From Phaeosaccion multiseriatum (lineage: Eukaryota; Protista; Ochrophyta, other classes): a stretch of 64,000 nucleotides of DNA. The stretch lies in assembly GCA_965112735.1 (NCBI GenBank), contig OZ218957.1, forward strand, positions 1-64,000. Reading direction: 5' to 3'. The translations under genes were made by a program, and so were the position numbers. Below the pieces are notes generated by a model, which worked only from the letters and a program-made list of their open reading frames with translations, was not told where the DNA came from and searched no databases. Below are positions 61,760-64,000 of this stretch, piece by piece (within the stretch, counting starts at the first letter, position 1; each line of letters starts with the position of its first letter).

Positions 61760-62893
61760 CTACGAAGCCTCCACCCCCAAGCCGGCCTGCGATGGGGTCC
61801 CGGACGGCGAGGGTGAGTGCGTGCGTGCAGACAAGGGGGAGACCTCTTCGTCGAAGCTCACGCTGGGGCGGCGGGACCTCGGGGGGGCGGCTCCCATGCG
61901 CAGCAGCTGCTCCAAGCGCATCTTTGCCCGCTTGTTGACCTTGCCCATCTGAGCAGCGAGGGGGGGGGGTTGGGGGGTCAGAGAGAGGCGTATGGGTAAG
62001 CAGGGGAGGGAGGGAGGGAGGGAGGGAGGAAGGGAGGGACGGCAAGGGGGGGGGGGCGGAGGGTGGCAATGTACAGTTTGGAGCGTGGGGAAGGGAGAAG
62101 GTGGCGCAGCAAATGGCGAGGGGAGTATCCACTCTCTCCTTCTCTCGATGACAAACAAACAAACAAACACACACACACACGCACTCACCTCCGTGTCGTG
62201 TCCGATAATCTCGCAGGGCAGCCTGTTGGCCTCGAGGTCGGTGACGGTGGGGTCCGCACCGTGCTGAAGCAGTTGGTGCACCGTCTCCGCCATTGTGTTG
62301 GCAGCGGCCACGTGCAGGGCCGTCCACCCCCACGAGTTGTTGTCTCGCAGGTTCAAATCCGCCCCATGGTGAGCCAGCACCTTGACCAACCGCGGGTCCC
62401 CGTACTTGGCAACGTAGTGCACGGCGGAGCAGCCCGTGGAGTCACATGCGTTCACATCGGCACCCTTGTCGATCATGCCCGTGATGAAGGCGAGGCGGGC
62501 GTCGGACCAGTCCTCGGGGCGAATGTCCAGCAGTGCGGAGTGCAGGGGAGTGGCCTTAAACATGTTCCGCGCGTTGATGTCGGCCCCGGCCTCTAGCAGT
62601 GCCAGGAAGCACCCCTCTTGCCCCTGCCATGCCGCTTTGTGGAGGGCCGAGCTTTCCAGGGCGTCGTGCCTACTCACATCTGCGCCGCTCTCCACCAGCA
62701 ACTTGACGGCTTCGGTGTGGCCGTTCTTGGCCGCCAGGTGCAGGGGGGTGAGCTTGCCCCTTCCGCATCGTTTGTTGGGGTCCCCCCCCATGTTGATTAG
62801 CGTGCGGAGAAGCTCCACATGGCCCTCCTCCGCGGCCCCATGCAGGTCAGGCGTTGCAAGCTTCTTGATGAGCATTGAGCCTTGGTTCCCCAT
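61760..62893 (-). CDS. Ankyrin-repeat protein (~6 repeats) with probable N-myristoylation signal, 2 exons
   Basis: TPLHLAAKNGHTEAVKLLVESGADV, SALHKAAWQG, TPLHSA, SAVHYVAKYG, GWTALHVAA. Start MGNQGS fits MGxxxS. Intron 62188-61949. An in-frame upstream ATG at 63082 is an alternative start. Confidence 0.85.
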   Translation of the reverse strand: MGNQGSMLIKKLATPDLHGAAEEGHVELLRTLINMGGDPNKRCGRGKLTPLHLAAKNGHTEAVKLLVESGADVSRHDALESSALHKAAWQGQEGCFLALLEAGADINARNMFKATPLHSALLDIRPEDWSDARLAFITGMIDKGADVNACDSTGCSAVHYVAKYGDPRLVKVLAHHGADLNLRDNNSWGWTALHVAAANTMAETVHQLLQHGADPTVTDLEANRLPCEIIGHDTEVSACVCVFVCLFVIERRREWILPSPFAAPPSPFPTLQTVHCHPPPPPPCRPSLPPSLPPSLPCLPIRLSLTPQPPPLAAQMGKVNKRAKMRLEQLLRMGAAPPRSRRPSVSFDEEVSPLSARTHSPSPSGTPSQAGLGVEAS

Positions 62894-64000
62894 GCCTGAC
62901 GCAAAGGACACCACTGCACCGCCCCAACCCCCGCCGCCGCCGCCACTGCTGCTGCTCCTGGTGTAGTCGGCCACCACTCGGCGACGTGAGCCGCTCCCCT
63001 TCCCGAGCAGTCCTGAGCCGCTGCTACTGCTTTCCTCCGCGCACACTTGTATGGTCTCCTCTCCTCCCTTCCTTCTTTGCATCACCAGCGTACACGTAAG
63101 TACGCGCCCGTTGTCTTGTTGCTGATGTCTCCGTCGCTGGTCCTTCTGTTGCTCCTCTTTTCGACGCTCATGAAGGCCGCGGACAGCCAGGCGGACTACT
63201 GTAGTAGGCGGATCGCGCCAGGATGGTCCTTCTTCCTTCCTCCAGCTTGCCAGCGGCACCCAGAAGCAGGATTCTCGCCCCTTTTGCGGGCAGTTTTTGC
63301 CGGCCGGCGGCGGCTGCTCTCTTCTCTTACTCTGCTCTGGTGCTCCTCCTCTTTGATTTTCTGCTGCTCTGGTGTCTCATGCTGCGAACCCAACCCTCCC
63401 TCACCCAAAAATTGAAACGCCAAACCCAGGGGGGCTTGCCGAGCCTCGCGTGGCACAAGTATAAAAGATCTTCAGCTTTGAGAGCCGCAGAGCCGCTATT
63501 GGTAGCAGATTGGTAAGGGAAGGAGCTCGAAGACAGTTCTAAGAGGCAGGCTAGGGAGTGTGTGTGTGTAAACAGGCGAACACAGCAGCGGGGACCGGCA
63601 AATCTGCAGATTTGGGCTACGCGGGGTGTTGCGACCCCTTCAGAGTCAACAGTTGCCCACGAATCGGCAACAAGGCTGGGAAGAGCACAGGAGATAGGGG
63701 GGTGTGGTTGCGAGCGATATTGGCGGGGCGTTCCCTCGATCTGGACCACTTTTTCGATGGTAGCGATGGACATGTTTGCGGGGAACTCGGTGGAGGCAGC
63801 CGCGGCTGGGAGGTCGAAGCGACAACGCTCCAGCTCGAGCAGCAGCAGCAGCAGCAGGGGTAGCAGCAGTAGCAGCGGCAGTGGTAGCTGGGAGGCTGGA
63901 GGCAGCCGCAGCCGAGGGAGAAGAAGAGCGAGCAGCGCCCGGCTGGTTCTGGTTGCAGCACTGCAGGTTGCGCTTCTGGTGGACCGGACGGCTCTCAGCG

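Noticed and set aside
63300-64000. Gene at the right edge
   Set aside because: Only short low-complexity ORFs with CAG runs; cannot be modelled within the window.

Overview
Left end of a eukaryotic chromosome. It opens with about 7.8 kb of (CCCTAA)n telomere, then a 42-bp subtelomeric satellite (~88 units), a ~176-bp tandem repeat, nested miniature inverted-repeat elements and an intronless exostosin/GT47-like gene. Intron-rich genes follow: EFHC/Rib72-like (3 DM10 domains), FAM135-like lipase, a tail-anchored protein, a plastid-targeted NUDIX hydrolase, BBS2, an F-box protein, codanin-1 and an ankyrin-repeat protein. The bipartite plastid-targeting leader, TTAGGG telomere, flagellar genes and (GGGA)n-laden introns suggest a flagellated ochrophyte alga (possibly eustigmatophyte-like; inference only). 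Best novel signals: (1) non-autonomous DNA transposons with 5'-TCG...CGA-3' termini and exact 6-bp TSDs, nested inside each other at two independent loci; (2) two heavily over-represented DNA words (CATCCACTGCCATCC and GTTGGTGATAC) in both orientations, reaching into exons; (3) polarised introns whose G-rich 5' halves and C-rich 3' halves are mutually complementary multimers of donor and branch-like words. Gene models were spliced by eye and family calls rest on remembered motifs. No searches were run.
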